A stretch of DNA of 64,000 bases from Spirulina sp. CCY15215 (lineage in GTDB: Bacteria > Cyanobacteriota > Cyanobacteriia > Cyanobacteriales > Spirulinaceae). Below the pieces are notes generated by a model. The model saw nothing but the letters and a program-made list of their open reading frames with translations. It had not been told where the DNA came from and did no database searches. This document shows, piece by piece, positions 1-10,063 of the stretch. The position numbers and the translations under genes were made by a program. The stretch covers positions 37,917-101,916 of the forward strand of contig NZ_JACSWA010000582.1 in the NCBI RefSeq assembly GCF_016888125.1, in the 5' to 3' direction. The stretch's first letter is position 1; every line of letters starts with the position of its first letter.

Positions 1-30
1 AATTTTCAGAAATAAATCGAGATCAATGCT

Positions 31-447
31 ATGAAAAATAACAGTTTTTTGCTTATCTTCGCCTTCCTAACTTGTACCTTTCCCTTTATACCCCAAAGAG
101 CTTTAGGAGACGAGGTTTGGTCAACGGAAGAATATGATGTCATCTATCAAGAAGACCGCAATAGAACCGCGATTTGGTCTTATGGCCGCGATGGATTAAT
201 CTTTATAGATGGTTTAGCAGGAGTATATACAAATCGAGGCTCTTATACAGGTTATTGGGTTCAAAACTCTTCTTCTCTGCGTTGCGATACTTATAGAGAA
301 GGCGCAAATGGTAAACCGACCTATCATTGGGGAAGATTTGCAATTACTTTCATCGATCCAGATTTTCCTTCGCGTTGGCACGCGCATATTAGTTTATGCG
401 ATCGCGAACCCAGCATCCCTTTAAATGGTAAACCCGTTACCCGCTAG
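31..447 (+). CDS. hypothetical secreted protein
   Basis: 138-aa ORF with an N-terminal hydrophobic signal-like segment (LLIFAFLTCTFPF). No family recognised. Followed by an imperfect hairpin and T-run near 530-560. Confidence 0.4.
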   Translation: MKNNSFLLIFAFLTCTFPFIPQRALGDEVWSTEEYDVIYQEDRNRTAIWSYGRDGLIFIDGLAGVYTNRGSYTGYWVQNSSSLRCDTYREGANGKPTYHWGRFAITFIDPDFPSRWHAHISLCDREPSIPLNGKPVTR

Positions 448-643
448 ACAGACGAATAGAGAACCAGTTAGATAATAACAAGTTAGATAACAAGTTGTAA
501 CCTGGTTTGGCGATCGCCTCTACTGAGATAGAAAACGAGGAAACTTTCTCGTTATCAATTTTTAAGCAATGCTGACAATTCCAGTAAAAAACTGTGCCAA
601 AATGAGAAGATGTCGAAAATACCCCCTAAAAACCCGTTAACTT

Positions 644-868
644 TTGATTATGGCAGCAAAAATTAAAAAAGGCGCTTTAGTCCGTATCATTCGAGAACAG
701 TTGGAAAATAGCCTGGAAGCAACAGCCAGCGATTCTCGTTTTCCTCCCTATCTTTTTGACAGTAAAGGGGAGATTGTGGATATCGACGGCGATTATGCTT
801 TTGTCAAGTTCTATGTCCCCACCCCGAGTATTTGGTTCAAATTGGATCAATTAGAACTGGCTGATTAA
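644..868 (+). CDS. ndhO: NAD(P)H-quinone oxidoreductase (NDH-1) subunit O
   Basis: 74-aa protein. The motifs KKGALVRIIREQLENSLEA...FPPYLFD..GEIVDI.GDYAFVKF..PTP.IWF.LDQLE match cyanobacterial NdhO as recalled from memory. No search was run. Confidence 0.6.
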   Translation: MIMAAKIKKGALVRIIREQLENSLEATASDSRFPPYLFDSKGEIVDIDGDYAFVKFYVPTPSIWFKLDQLELAD

Positions 869-922
869 TTGCCGATCGCGATCTCCCCCTTTCATTCTTT
901 CTCTTTCTTTTCCTTTGCCTTT

Positions 923-1891
923 ATGACCTCTTCTCTATCCCCTCAACCCTCTGTATCCCCTCGCGTTTGCGTCATCGGTGCAGGAAAAGTCGGTTCAACC
1001 CTCGCCCAACGCATTATCGAGAACAATTTAGCCAATGTGGTGTTACTGGATGTCGTTGACGGGCTTCCTCAAGGGATAGCGTTAGATCTATTACAGGCGC
1101 GGGGACTCGAAGCCCACGATCGCCAGATTGTCGGCACTAACGATTATGCCGAGACAGCTAATGCGGATATTGTGGTCATCACAGCAGGATTTCCCCGTCA
1201 ACCCGGAATGAATCGCGATGACTTGATCGGCATGAATGCCAAAATCGTGGCCGAGGCTGCCCAAAAAGCGATCGCCTATTCTCCCAATGCCCTCTTAATT
1301 GTGGTCACTAATCCTTTAGATGTGATGACCTATGTAGCATGGCACGCGACGCAATTGCCGTCAGAACGGGTCATGGGCATGGCAGGGGTGTTAGATGCGA
1401 CCAGGCTGCAAACCTTTATTGCGATGGAATTGGGGGTCGCGATCGCAGATGTCAGTACGATGGTTCTGGGCGGTCATGGAGATTTAATGCTTCCCTTACC
1501 TCGCTATTGTACGGTGGGAGGGGTGCCTTTAAAAGAATTGCTCGATGCAGAGGCGATCGCGCGGTTGATGGAGAGAACTCGTAACGGGGGCGCAGAATTA
1601 GTACAATTATTTAAAAAGGGAGGAGCCTATTTCGCCCCTGCTTCTGCTGCTTGTCAGATGATCGGCGCGATTTTGCGCGATCGCTCGAATTTATTACCCG
1701 CCGCCGCCTATTTACAAGGAGAGTATGGCTTAAAAGATGTTTTTATTGGGGTTCCCTGTCGTTTGGGCAACAAAGGGATTGAAAAAATTATCGAACTAGA
1801 ACTGAATGATAAAGAATTAGCTGAATTACACACTTCAGCAAAATCAGTACGAAAGAATGTGGATATTGCTCTGAAAGTATTAGCGGAGTAG
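923..1891 (+). CDS. mdh: malate dehydrogenase (LDH-like NAD-dependent)
   Basis: Rossmann motif VCVIGAGKVG and ITAGFPRQPGMNRDDL, with catalytic-loop and substrate residues typical of MDH/LDH. The ORF opens at 869 but the likely start is the internal Met at 923 (MTSSLS). Confidence 0.85.
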   Translation: MTSSLSPQPSVSPRVCVIGAGKVGSTLAQRIIENNLANVVLLDVVDGLPQGIALDLLQARGLEAHDRQIVGTNDYAETANADIVVITAGFPRQPGMNRDDLIGMNAKIVAEAAQKAIAYSPNALLIVVTNPLDVMTYVAWHATQLPSERVMGMAGVLDATRLQTFIAMELGVAIADVSTMVLGGHGDLMLPLPRYCTVGGVPLKELLDAEAIARLMERTRNGGAELVQLFKKGGAYFAPASAACQMIGAILRDRSNLLPAAAYLQGEYGLKDVFIGVPCRLGNKGIEKIIELELNDKELAELHTSAKSVRKNVDIALKVLAE

Positions 1892-1899
1892 ACAAAAAA

Positions 1900-2594
1900 A
1901 TGAGATTTATCAGCCCTAAAATTGATTATGCCTTTAAGAAAATATTTGGCTCAGAACAAAGCCAAGATATCTTAATCAGCTTTCTCAATGCAATTATTTA
2001 TAAGGGAGAGAAGAGGAGACAATTAGCCGATTTGTCTTTCAAGAGAAAACGAAAAATTTTGCCTATCCCGATGAAGAATTACAGTTAATCTTTGTTGAGT
2101 TACCAAAGTTTAAGAAAAACCTCCCAGAGTTGGAAAATTTAACCGATAAATGGATTTATTTCCTCAAGGAAGCAACAAGTTTGGAGAGTATCCCCGCAAG
2201 TTTAGAAGAAGTATTAGAAATAGAACTGGCGTTAAATTTAGCGAGTCAGGCAAATATGACAGTAGAAGAGTTTGAAATTGTAGATCGTCGTGGGATGATG
2301 TTACAAGATGAGAAAGGAAAAATTACTTACGCTCAACAAGAAGGACGAGAAAGAGGAAGACAGGAAGGACGACAAGAAGGAAGACAAGAAGGACAACAAG
2401 AAGGACGTTTTCAAGAGGCGATCGCCTTAATCTTGCGTCAACTTAAAAAGCGTTTTGGAGAGATTCCTGGGGAAATTAGTAGCAAGATTAAAGACTTATC
2501 AATTGAAAATTTGGAAACTTTGGGAGAAGATTTCTTGGATTTTAATCGTATCGAGGATTTAGAAAATTGGTTGCTAGATCATCTCATTCCCTAG
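1900..2594 (+). pseudogene. Rpn-family recombination-promoting nuclease/putative transposase (PD-(D/E)XK + DUF4351), disrupted
   Basis: The N-terminus MRFISPKIDYAFKKIFGSEQSQDILISFLNAI is typical of the Rpn/YhgA-like family. That ORF stops at 2088. A different frame then reads ...EELQLIFVELPKFKKNLPELENLTDKWIYFLKEA and continues into ORF 2130-2594, which has a DUF4351-like C-terminus and a (QEGR)n repeat. The central nuclease core is missing or frameshifted. Confidence 0.6.
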
Positions 2595-2632
2595 CTGTTT
2601 CAGTCCTCATGACAACAAACATGACAACAAAA

Positions 2633-2661
2633 AATCGCGGCACGGAAATTGTGTCGCGATT
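2633..2661. terminator. candidate bidirectional hairpin terminator between convergent genes
   Basis: AATCGCGGCAC-GGAAATT-GTGTCGCGATT forms an imperfect stem-loop between the + Rpn remnant and the - psbY. Confidence 0.35.
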
Positions 2662-2680
2662 AGAACAAATGTATGATAGT

Positions 2681-2806
2681 TTAACCTTCTTTATTCAAGA
2701 ATGATTGAACTTGACCCAACGCAACGGCCAAAATATTGAAACCTGCCCATCCTGCGGCAATAAGGATGGGAGCAAGTACCACAACAATCCGCCAATCAAT
2801 ACCCAT
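2681..2806 (-). CDS. psbY: photosystem II protein Y
   Basis: The internal Met gives a 41-aa peptide [41 protein letters not shown]. It has a single TM helix and matches the conserved PsbY pattern (MDWR..VVL.P.L.AA.WA..NI). The 60-aa ORF extends upstream to 2863. Confidence 0.7.
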   Translation of the reverse strand: MGIDWRIVVVLAPILIAAGWAGFNILAVALGQVQSFLNKEG

Positions 2807-3034
2807 TTTTCGTATCCTCCCTAAAATTGAAGAAATCTTAAAATATTTTAAACTTTCTCCCATTCTTCCATATAAACAATAATTTGTTCAACATCTCGAG
2901 CAAATTATTTGGCTTTTGGGATAATTTCCCCGCCTTTTCAGTATTTTTGGGCAGATAGGCGATCGCGCTATCCACCCAAAATTTGCTTCGATGGGTTAGA
3001 GAAAAGGGAAAAATTTCCAATTCCCGATAATTCC

Positions 3035-4222
3035 TTACCGATCGTCCGCAACCGAGACCAAAGGATCGCGATGCACCCGATCTCCTAGAGCAACATAAGG
3101 AATACCGTGTTCCCCCTGGTAAATTTGCGTGGGACGGAAAATCCGATTTTCGTTAATTTGCTCCCGCCAGTGAGCCAACCAGCCAGCCACCCGAGCGATC
3201 GCGAAAATGGGTGTAAATAAATCCGTAGGAATGCCTAACTTGCGGTAAACCAAACCGGAATAAAAATCTACATTGGCATAAATTCCCTTGTGTCCTAATT
3301 TCTCCTCTATGACCTTTTCCAATTCCACCGCAATATCGTAAATGCGATCGCGACCGCGCTGATCGAACAAACGTTCTGCTAAAGTTTGCAAAATTGTTGC
3401 CCGAGGGTCTTTGACCTTATAGACTCGGTGTCCGAAGCCCATAATTTTTTTCTTGTTGGTGACACAATCTTCAACATAAGCGCGGACATTCTCGATAGAA
3501 CCAATCTCGTTTAACATCTCGATCACCTCTTCATTTGCTCCCCCATGTAGAGGACCCGCCAAAGTTCCCACCGCCGATGCAACTACCGCATAAGGATCTG
3601 TCAGAGTGGAAGAAGTTACCATCGCTGAAAATGTGGACGCATTAATGGTATGTTCCGCATGGAGAATTAAACAAACATCAAAAATTCGCGCAGCAATGGG
3701 ATCGGGAACCTGCTCCGTGAGCATATATAAAAAGTTGGTCGCATAGTCAAGATCGTCTCGGGGTTGAATGGGATCGTTTCCTTTCCGCATCAACTTAAAT
3801 GCGGCTACCATTGTGGGGATTTTTGCCATCAAACGCACCACAGCATCCCAAATATAAGCGGGATCGTTGAGAGTACGGCGGGCATAAAATAACCCCAAAG
3901 CGGCGGCAGATGTTTGCAAGGCATCCATCGGGTGTCCGGTTTCTGGGAAGCACTTCATCATGTCGCGAATGCGATATTTGATGCGACGATGGTTGTAAAT
4001 ATCTGCTTCAAAGGTCGCGAGTTCCTCTTTTGAGGGCAAACGACCCCAAATCAAAAGATAGGCTGTTTCAAGGGAGGTGCTTTTCTGTGCCAACTCTTCA
4101 ATGGGAATGCCTCGATATTCGAGAATTCCCTGCTTTCCATCTACATAACTAATGCTCGATCGCGCGGCGGGGATATTTTCTAAACCCGGAATGTACTCGC
4201 AAACTGTCATAATCTCTAGCAA
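3035..4222 (-). CDS. gltA: citrate synthase
   Basis: 395 aa. Motifs GFGHRVYK.KDPRA and YANVDFYSG are diagnostic of citrate synthase. Confidence 0.9.
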   Translation of the reverse strand: MLEIMTVCEYIPGLENIPAARSSISYVDGKQGILEYRGIPIEELAQKSTSLETAYLLIWGRLPSKEELATFEADIYNHRRIKYRIRDMMKCFPETGHPMDALQTSAAALGLFYARRTLNDPAYIWDAVVRLMAKIPTMVAAFKLMRKGNDPIQPRDDLDYATNFLYMLTEQVPDPIAARIFDVCLILHAEHTINASTFSAMVTSSTLTDPYAVVASAVGTLAGPLHGGANEEVIEMLNEIGSIENVRAYVEDCVTNKKKIMGFGHRVYKVKDPRATILQTLAERLFDQRGRDRIYDIAVELEKVIEEKLGHKGIYANVDFYSGLVYRKLGIPTDLFTPIFAIARVAGWLAHWREQINENRIFRPTQIYQGEHGIPYVALGDRVHRDPLVSVADDR

Positions 4223-4362
4223 TATCGCAAAAAACTTACTAATAATCTAAACTAAAAGCGAAAACCAGAATGATGCTTTTTGATACCAAAGTCTTTGGAT
4301 TTGATTATTAATCAATAATAATTCTTTAAAATGATTTACAAATCATCATAATTCTACCTCAA

Positions 4363-4848
4363 TTAAACCAACCATTTTGGTGAACTCAGTAAAAAAATCT
4401 CACTATTACCAATGGGTGTGCCGTTTTCTGAAATTCTCACTCCAATCACCCCTGCTTTTTTAACAATTAGTTTTTCTTGCGTTTTGCCCCAGGTCAAAAT
4501 TTCAGCCCAATTCCCCAAATCGGGCTGGTGTCCGACGAGGGCGATACTATTACAACTTTTATGGAGGGCATACCAGTTTATCCAGATATTGATATCGCCG
4601 TTGGGAGAAAGAGGCTCAAAGGTTTCTATCTTTTTACACAACTGGACTTCTTGGAGGATTTTTGCTGTCTCCATTGCCCTCACTAAAGGACTGGTGAGGA
4701 TAATATCAAAACGAAGATCGAGATCGAATAGGCGTTTCGCGACTTTTTTAGTTTTGTTACGCCCAATATCGGTTAGGGGGCGATCGGCATCGTTGGAATA
4801 TTTGGCGCGATCGCCGGCGATACCGTGGCGAATTAAATAAATGTACAT
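4363..4848 (-). CDS. histidine phosphatase family protein (SixA-like phosphohistidine phosphatase)
   Basis: The RHG motif (YLIRHGIAG) sits at the N-terminus, with ...LTSPLVRAMETA and the size of a SixA-type histidine phosphatase. Confidence 0.6.
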   Translation of the reverse strand: MYIYLIRHGIAGDRAKYSNDADRPLTDIGRNKTKKVAKRLFDLDLRFDIILTSPLVRAMETAKILQEVQLCKKIETFEPLSPNGDINIWINWYALHKSCNSIALVGHQPDLGNWAEILTWGKTQEKLIVKKAGVIGVRISENGTPIGNSEIFLLSSPKWLV

Positions 4849-4870
4849 GAGGTCTAGATGCAACTCCTTG

Positions 4871-5974
4871 TTAGTCCCAGAGATTTAATTCTAGATCGGG
4901 ATTTGCGATCGTGTTAGAGGAGATGGGAATAAATCGTTTCAGTTTATTGAAAAAATAACTATTAGTTTTATTGGGCGTAAAAGTGATAATATTGCTCCGA
5001 AAAAAATAGAGTTTTTCCAGATTGGGATTGGGTAAAACCGGAGATTTTGCTTTTTTACTCGTTTTTTTGACTTCTGAGATTTGAGCGTCTTGAGTGTATT
5101 TTTTTTCTTTCTGAACTTTTGGTTTCTCGATCTCAATTTTTTCTAATTCGTCTAACAATTCCAGATTTTCTAACTCATCTAGAGAAAGATTGGCTGTCTG
5201 GAGATAAGATTCTTCCAGAGACATTTTAAGGCGATCGCGCTCTTCAACTTCCCTTGTTGATAACTCTAGGTCTGATAATTGCTCGGGTTCACCAATTTCA
5301 AAAATCCACTCTTTTTCTGGGATTTCTTCCTCCCTCAACAACTCTATTTCTGCGGAAAGGACGGGAGGAAGAGCTAATTGAGGGACGATAAATAGACCGG
5401 ACTCGAGAATGGAAAAAATGCGACTTAACCCCGCATGAGCGCGAATAACCGCTAATGCTGGGGGGATAATTTGTAGAGGAGAAGATAAGGGAGAGGGTTC
5501 GCTAAAACGTTTGATCTTATCCGGCACAGTTTCGCGATTAACTTGCCAACTGCGAATACCTACACTTTTTCGTAATTCGATCCTGGAAAATAGACCAAAG
5601 GGTTCAATGGGACGGAATGGCTTTTCTGGACGTTGGGCGATCGCGTTTTCTTCTAAATATTCCAGTTGAGGATAAGTGGGGAAATAATCCGGTAATTTGC
5701 GAGAAATCAGACGCTCAAAATCGCTATTAAAATGGGGTGTTGGCTGGCCGCGACGATGCCAGAGGGTGAGGATTTGTTCAACGGAAATGACCTTGTAGCG
5801 ACCCTGATAGAGGGCTTCGATCGCAGCCAGACGAATCCAGTGAGGCTCGTATTTTTCCAACCAACGAGCCACTAATTCCGTACTCATATAGCCTTTTGTA
5901 TCGAACCCATAGCGATCGAGCAGAGCTAGAGAGCGAGCGATATCTGATTGACGAGAAGATTCCGGACTGGTCAT
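4871..5974 (-). CDS. hypothetical protein (conserved N-terminal domain, E/K-rich low-complexity C-terminal half)
   Basis: 367-aa ORF. The N-terminal 150 aa look globular. The C-terminal part is acidic/coiled-coil then lysine-rich and AT-rich in DNA. No family recognised. Confidence 0.4.
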   Translation of the reverse strand: MTSPESSRQSDIARSLALLDRYGFDTKGYMSTELVARWLEKYEPHWIRLAAIEALYQGRYKVISVEQILTLWHRRGQPTPHFNSDFERLISRKLPDYFPTYPQLEYLEENAIAQRPEKPFRPIEPFGLFSRIELRKSVGIRSWQVNRETVPDKIKRFSEPSPLSSPLQIIPPALAVIRAHAGLSRIFSILESGLFIVPQLALPPVLSAEIELLREEEIPEKEWIFEIGEPEQLSDLELSTREVEERDRLKMSLEESYLQTANLSLDELENLELLDELEKIEIEKPKVQKEKKYTQDAQISEVKKTSKKAKSPVLPNPNLEKLYFFRSNIITFTPNKTNSYFFNKLKRFIPISSNTIANPDLELNLWD

Positions 5975-6091
5975 ATTTGTTTGAGTTTATCGCGATCGCA
6001 GGGTGATTCCAAGGAAAATAGCAAACAATGGCGCGATCGAGCATTTCCTTCTTGCCAAAGTATATCCCGATATCAGGTCATCGGTAATGGA

Positions 6092-6886
6092 TTAGTCGGA
6101 TTGCACGCAATTTTGCCACCAAATGCGATCGCTTTCAGATAATGCAGGAGGAGGTGTGGGTTGCGTATAGTCAATTCTGAGATCGTAACCTGCTCGTTCG
6201 TAAATCCCCTCAAAAATGGACTGCATTTCCACTATAGGAGCAAGATTATTGCCCTTGAGAGGGAGGGGAAAACTGGGAATCGGTTCTCGCAGTGAAAACC
6301 CGTATAAGATAGCTTGGGGACGTTTTTCGCTGGGAGATACGAGAATATGGTAGTGGGTTTTGGAAATATTTCCACCTAGGCTCATAGCTCTCCCTCCCCG
6401 CAAGAGATCGATTTCAACTAAATGGGTTAGACTTGCCAAAATTGTTAAACGTTTTTCTTCATATTTATGTCTTCCTACACCAGCTTGCTTGTTTTTAGGG
6501 GAAAGCACTTCAATAACTGTGACCACTTCACCAGTAGCAACTTCCCTAATTTCGAGATATCTTTCCTTAATTTCTTTGGGCATTGGCACCGTCACTTGTT
6601 GAGGTTGGGTTTTTGTCGCAGTCGTAGCGATCGCGTTGTTATCAATTGGGTTTAACTCAGTTGGAATTGAAGATTGAGAGGAAAATACCAGTGCATCGGG
6701 AATGCCAACCAGTACCTCGTTTTCTTCTGTACTGAAATAGATACGGGTTTCGATTTCGACGTAATATTGAGGACGAATTTGGGGAGCGATCGCGTCGGCG
6801 ATCGCCACAATTAGCCGACTGTGAAACGCCGACCAAAACAGAGGTTGTTCCAAATAAGGATTCATTCCAGGCAGTGGCGATCGCAT
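6092..6886 (-). CDS. DUF4058-family protein (Uma2/PD-(D/E)XK-related)
   Basis: The N-terminus MRSPLPGMNPYLE...W..FH..L is characteristic of cyanobacterial DUF4058 proteins, as recalled from memory. Confidence 0.5.
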   Translation of the reverse strand: MRSPLPGMNPYLEQPLFWSAFHSRLIVAIADAIAPQIRPQYYVEIETRIYFSTEENEVLVGIPDALVFSSQSSIPTELNPIDNNAIATTATKTQPQQVTVPMPKEIKERYLEIREVATGEVVTVIEVLSPKNKQAGVGRHKYEEKRLTILASLTHLVEIDLLRGGRAMSLGGNISKTHYHILVSPSEKRPQAILYGFSLREPIPSFPLPLKGNNLAPIVEMQSIFEGIYERAGYDLRIDYTQPTPPPALSESDRIWWQNCVQSD

Positions 6887-6917
6887 AATTTCAAAACCAA
6901 AATTTTTCTTTCATAGA

Positions 6918-6998
6918 ACTTACGCATCAGCAGGCAGGATGTACGCACAACCATAGCGCTAGAATACAGTAGGAGTGTCTCGCTCCTTAACTTAAGTC
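6918..6998. mobile_element. degenerate copy of small dispersed MITE-like repeat (ACTTACGCA ... GGAGYGTCTCGCTCC ... CTTAAGT)
   Basis: It shares the ACTTACGCA end and the GGAG(C/T)GTCTCGCTCC core with the elements at 12874-12959, 42521-42647 and 44795-44850. Confidence 0.35.
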
Positions 6999-7032
6999 AA
7001 GTCTTACTTCTATTGATTATAAGCGATCGCTC

Positions 7033-7157
<125 letters not shown>

Positions 7158-8426
7158 ATGTCCAATCCTTCGATCAATTTTCTCCAACAACAAGCCGCTT
7201 CGTTGCTTCTCTATCAAAATGTTCTCGACAACAATGTTGGACGGGCATTTGTATCGCTTCTCTCCACACTAAAAGAAGGTAATTCAATTCATTGTTTGCA
7301 GGCTTATGGTCGTTGGTTTAAAACTTTGGCAGAGACAGGAAAAAACTGGCAAGATTACCTCATTCAGCAAATTTTATGGGATGATAATCCCTTTAGCCGA
7401 CAAGTTCAACAGATTTCCCTTGATGCCTTACCCCCTGCATTAATTGCTGCTGTTCAATACGATCTACAAGCCTTAAATTTTCTCTATTGTTGTAGCGAAG
7501 AACAGTTGAGTAAGTGGGTGCGGGCAACCTGTAAAATGCAAGAATTACCCGTTGTTTGGCATATTGAAGGAACGCGATCGCATTTTCTTCATCAGTATAA
7601 CAATTGGAGCGAAGTATTACCGCAATTAGCAGAACATTATTGTCAAAATGGAACAGGAATTTTTTCTCGCTATCGTGCTTTACGCTGGCAAAAAGGACAA
7701 TTAAAGGGAATTTCCCATCCCGATCCTATCCAACTTACAGAAATTGTTGGCTATGAAATGCAAAAAGCAACATTAATTAAAAATACAGAATTCTTATTAG
7801 CAGGTTATCCCGCTTTGCACGTCTTGCTGTATGGCAGTCGCGGCTCGGGAAAATCATCTTTAGTGAAAGGATTATTGGGAAAATTTGGCGATCGCGGGCT
7901 ACGATTAATTGAAGTGAGTAAGTCAGAATTGTACGATTTATCAGCAATTTTAGAACAACTGCGAAATATTAGTCAAAAATTCATTATTTTTGTAGACGAT
8001 CTCTCCTTTGAAGAAGACGATGAAGCCTTTAAATCCCTGAAGGTTGTCCTAGAAGGAAGTGTAACAGCAAAAGCAAATAATGTTCTAGTTTATGCTACTT
8101 CTAACCGCCGTCATTTAATTCGCGAATTCTTTGAAGATCGCCCTCGTCCCAGAGATAGCGATGAGGTTCATTCTTGGGATACAATGCAAGAAAAATTATC
8201 TTTTAGCGATCGCTTTGGCTTGACTTTAACTTTTGAACCCGCCAATCAAGACACCTATTTAGAAATCATTCATCATTTAGCCCTAGAAGCTAATATTAAG
8301 CTCGAAACGGAAGATTTGGAGTTTCGTGCTAAACAATGGGCAACCCGTCATAATGGACGTTCTGGACGCACTGCCAGACAATTTATTGATTTTCTCAAAG
8401 CAGAATTGAGCCTTGAGAATGGATAA
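7158..8426 (+). CDS. DUF815-type P-loop ATPase (AAA+ superfamily ATP-binding protein)
   Basis: Walker A YGSRGSGKSSLVKG, Walker B-like FIIFVDDLSFEE and sensor LVYATSNRRHL fit the Pfam DUF815 ATPase architecture. Confidence 0.6.
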   Translation: MSNPSINFLQQQAASLLLYQNVLDNNVGRAFVSLLSTLKEGNSIHCLQAYGRWFKTLAETGKNWQDYLIQQILWDDNPFSRQVQQISLDALPPALIAAVQYDLQALNFLYCCSEEQLSKWVRATCKMQELPVVWHIEGTRSHFLHQYNNWSEVLPQLAEHYCQNGTGIFSRYRALRWQKGQLKGISHPDPIQLTEIVGYEMQKATLIKNTEFLLAGYPALHVLLYGSRGSGKSSLVKGLLGKFGDRGLRLIEVSKSELYDLSAILEQLRNISQKFIIFVDDLSFEEDDEAFKSLKVVLEGSVTAKANNVLVYATSNRRHLIREFFEDRPRPRDSDEVHSWDTMQEKLSFSDRFGLTLTFEPANQDTYLEIIHHLALEANIKLETEDLEFRAKQWATRHNGRSGRTARQFIDFLKAELSLENG

Positions 8427-9279
8427 TAATTCGTTGAAGATTTGGTGGCAAAATACGATCGCTTATCAAGGACATTCTACGGGATATATTGGCAATTTTT
8501 CTCGCAATAATACCGAGTCTGCTACAGTTTTACTTCAAAGTGCTTGTCAACATTTGCGAGAGCAAGAATGTACTTTTGCGATCGCCCCCATTGATGGCAA
8601 TACATGGTATAATTATCGCCTAGTGACGGAAGGGGAAAATTATCCGCCTTTTTTTCTCGAACCCAATACTCCCAATTCCTTATATCAAGTCTTTTTAGAA
8701 CAAGAATTTTTCCCCATTGCTCATTACTATTCTGCCCTTTGTAATGACTTAAAAATTCGCGATCGCCGTTTAATTCCAGTTAAAAAACGCTTAGGCGATC
8801 GCGGCATAACCATTCGTCCCTTAAATCGAGAAAACGTAGAAACAGAACTGGAAAAAATTTATCAAATCGCGATCGCCGCATTTCGCCAAAATTTCCTCTA
8901 TCAACCCATCTCCAAAACCGAATTTATCTCCCTCTATCGCCCAATTTTGCCCTATATCCAGCCCGAACTTATTGTCATTGCTGAAGAAGACCAAAACAAA
9001 CCAATAGGCTTCTTATTCGCGCTTCCCGATGCCTTAGAAGCACAACGGGGAAGTGCGATCGAAACTGTTATTCTCAAAACTGTTGCTATTCTTCCCCAAA
9101 AAAATTATGCTGGATTGGGGAGCATTTTGGTGGAAAAGTGTCATGCGATCGCCTCCCAATTGGGTTATAAACGAGTCATTCATGCCCTAATGAATAAAGC
9201 CAATCCTTCCTATAATATTAGTCGCTACTACACGAAACCCATTCGACAATATGCACTGTTTGGCAAACAATTAAAATAG
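8413..9279 (+). CDS. hypothetical protein (possible GNAT-fold acyltransferase)
   Basis: 288-aa ORF overlapping the upstream gene by 14 nt. The C-terminal half has a GNAT-like organisation (..IGFLFALPD....YAGLGSILVEKC...GYKRV..). Weak call. Confidence 0.3.
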   Translation: MRMDNNSLKIWWQNTIAYQGHSTGYIGNFSRNNTESATVLLQSACQHLREQECTFAIAPIDGNTWYNYRLVTEGENYPPFFLEPNTPNSLYQVFLEQEFFPIAHYYSALCNDLKIRDRRLIPVKKRLGDRGITIRPLNRENVETELEKIYQIAIAAFRQNFLYQPISKTEFISLYRPILPYIQPELIVIAEEDQNKPIGFLFALPDALEAQRGSAIETVILKTVAILPQKNYAGLGSILVEKCHAIASQLGYKRVIHALMNKANPSYNISRYYTKPIRQYALFGKQLK

Positions 9280-9297
9280 TTTAACTCAACTTGCTAG

Positions 9298-9402
9298 TTA
9301 TCAATTTGATCCCCCCCAGCCCCCCTTAATAAGGGGGGAGAATCCGGAAGTCCCCCTTTTTAAGGGGGATTTAGGGGGATCGAAACGTATCCTATTTGTA
9401 AC
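9298..9402. repeat. C/G-tract palindromic small dispersed repeat (CCCCCCTTAATAAGGGGGG ... CCCCCTTTTTAAGGGGGATTTAGGGGGATCGAAAC)
   Basis: Nested palindromes of C5-6/G5-6 tracts. A second copy of the CCCCCTTTTTAAGGGGGA.T.AGGGGGATC.AAAC module lies at 55738-55777. Confidence 0.55.
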
Positions 9403-9454
9403 TAGCAACTCGGGTTAGTTTATCAATCTCCCATTCTCCCAACTCCCCACTCCC

Positions 9455-10063
9455 ATGTCCTTAGAAAGCCAGTCTATCCTTCCTCGCAATGGTCAAAAGC
9501 CCAATCGACTCTTAGTTATGCTGCATGGTTGGGGTGCTAATTTTAACGATCTGACGGGTTTGGTTGACTTACTCGATCTCCCCGATTATCAATTCCTGTT
9601 TCCCAATGCTCCTTTTCCTCATTTTCAAATTCCGGGAGGTCGGGCATGGTACGCTTTAGAAACGGAAGAACGCGAAGGCTTAACTGAAAGTCGGCAATTA
9701 TTATTGGAATGGCTGCGATCGCTACCAGAAGAAACGGGAATACCTTTCGATCGCACTGTATTATTTGGGTTTTCTCAAGGTGGAGCAATGACCTTAGATA
9801 TAGGGTTTGAATTACCTTTTGCGGGATTATCTAGTTTTAGCGGCTATTTACACGCTCCACCTCAAGGGAAAAAAACATCGCCACCTACTTTAATCGTACA
9901 TGGCGATCGCGATCCTGTCGTTCCCGTACAAGCGGCTCGCGAAGTTAAAGAAATATTAAACAAACAAGGAGTAACAATTGAATATTGTGAATTCGCAATG
10001 GCTCATGAGATCGATTATCCAGCTTTGGTAACGCTAAAAAAATTCCTTAAAAATTTATATTGA
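9455..10063 (+). CDS. alpha/beta hydrolase (phospholipase/carboxylesterase family)
   Basis: LLVMLHGWGAN, nucleophile elbow GFSQGG and LIVHGDRDPVVP indicate the Abhydrolase_2-type esterase fold. Confidence 0.75.
   Translation: MSLESQSILPRNGQKPNRLLVMLHGWGANFNDLTGLVDLLDLPDYQFLFPNAPFPHFQIPGGRAWYALETEEREGLTESRQLLLEWLRSLPEETGIPFDRTVLFGFSQGGAMTLDIGFELPFAGLSSFSGYLHAPPQGKKTSPPTLIVHGDRDPVVPVQAAREVKEILNKQGVTIEYCEFAMAHEIDYPALVTLKKFLKNLY

Noticed and set aside
1339-1584. 81-aa ORF inside mdh
   Set aside because: Alternative frame within a well-supported malate dehydrogenase gene, with an Arg/Gly-rich translation typical of an off-frame read.
4412-4840. 142-aa and 69-aa ORFs antisense to the SixA-like gene
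   Set aside because: Fully embedded antisense to a gene with clear family motifs. No independent support.
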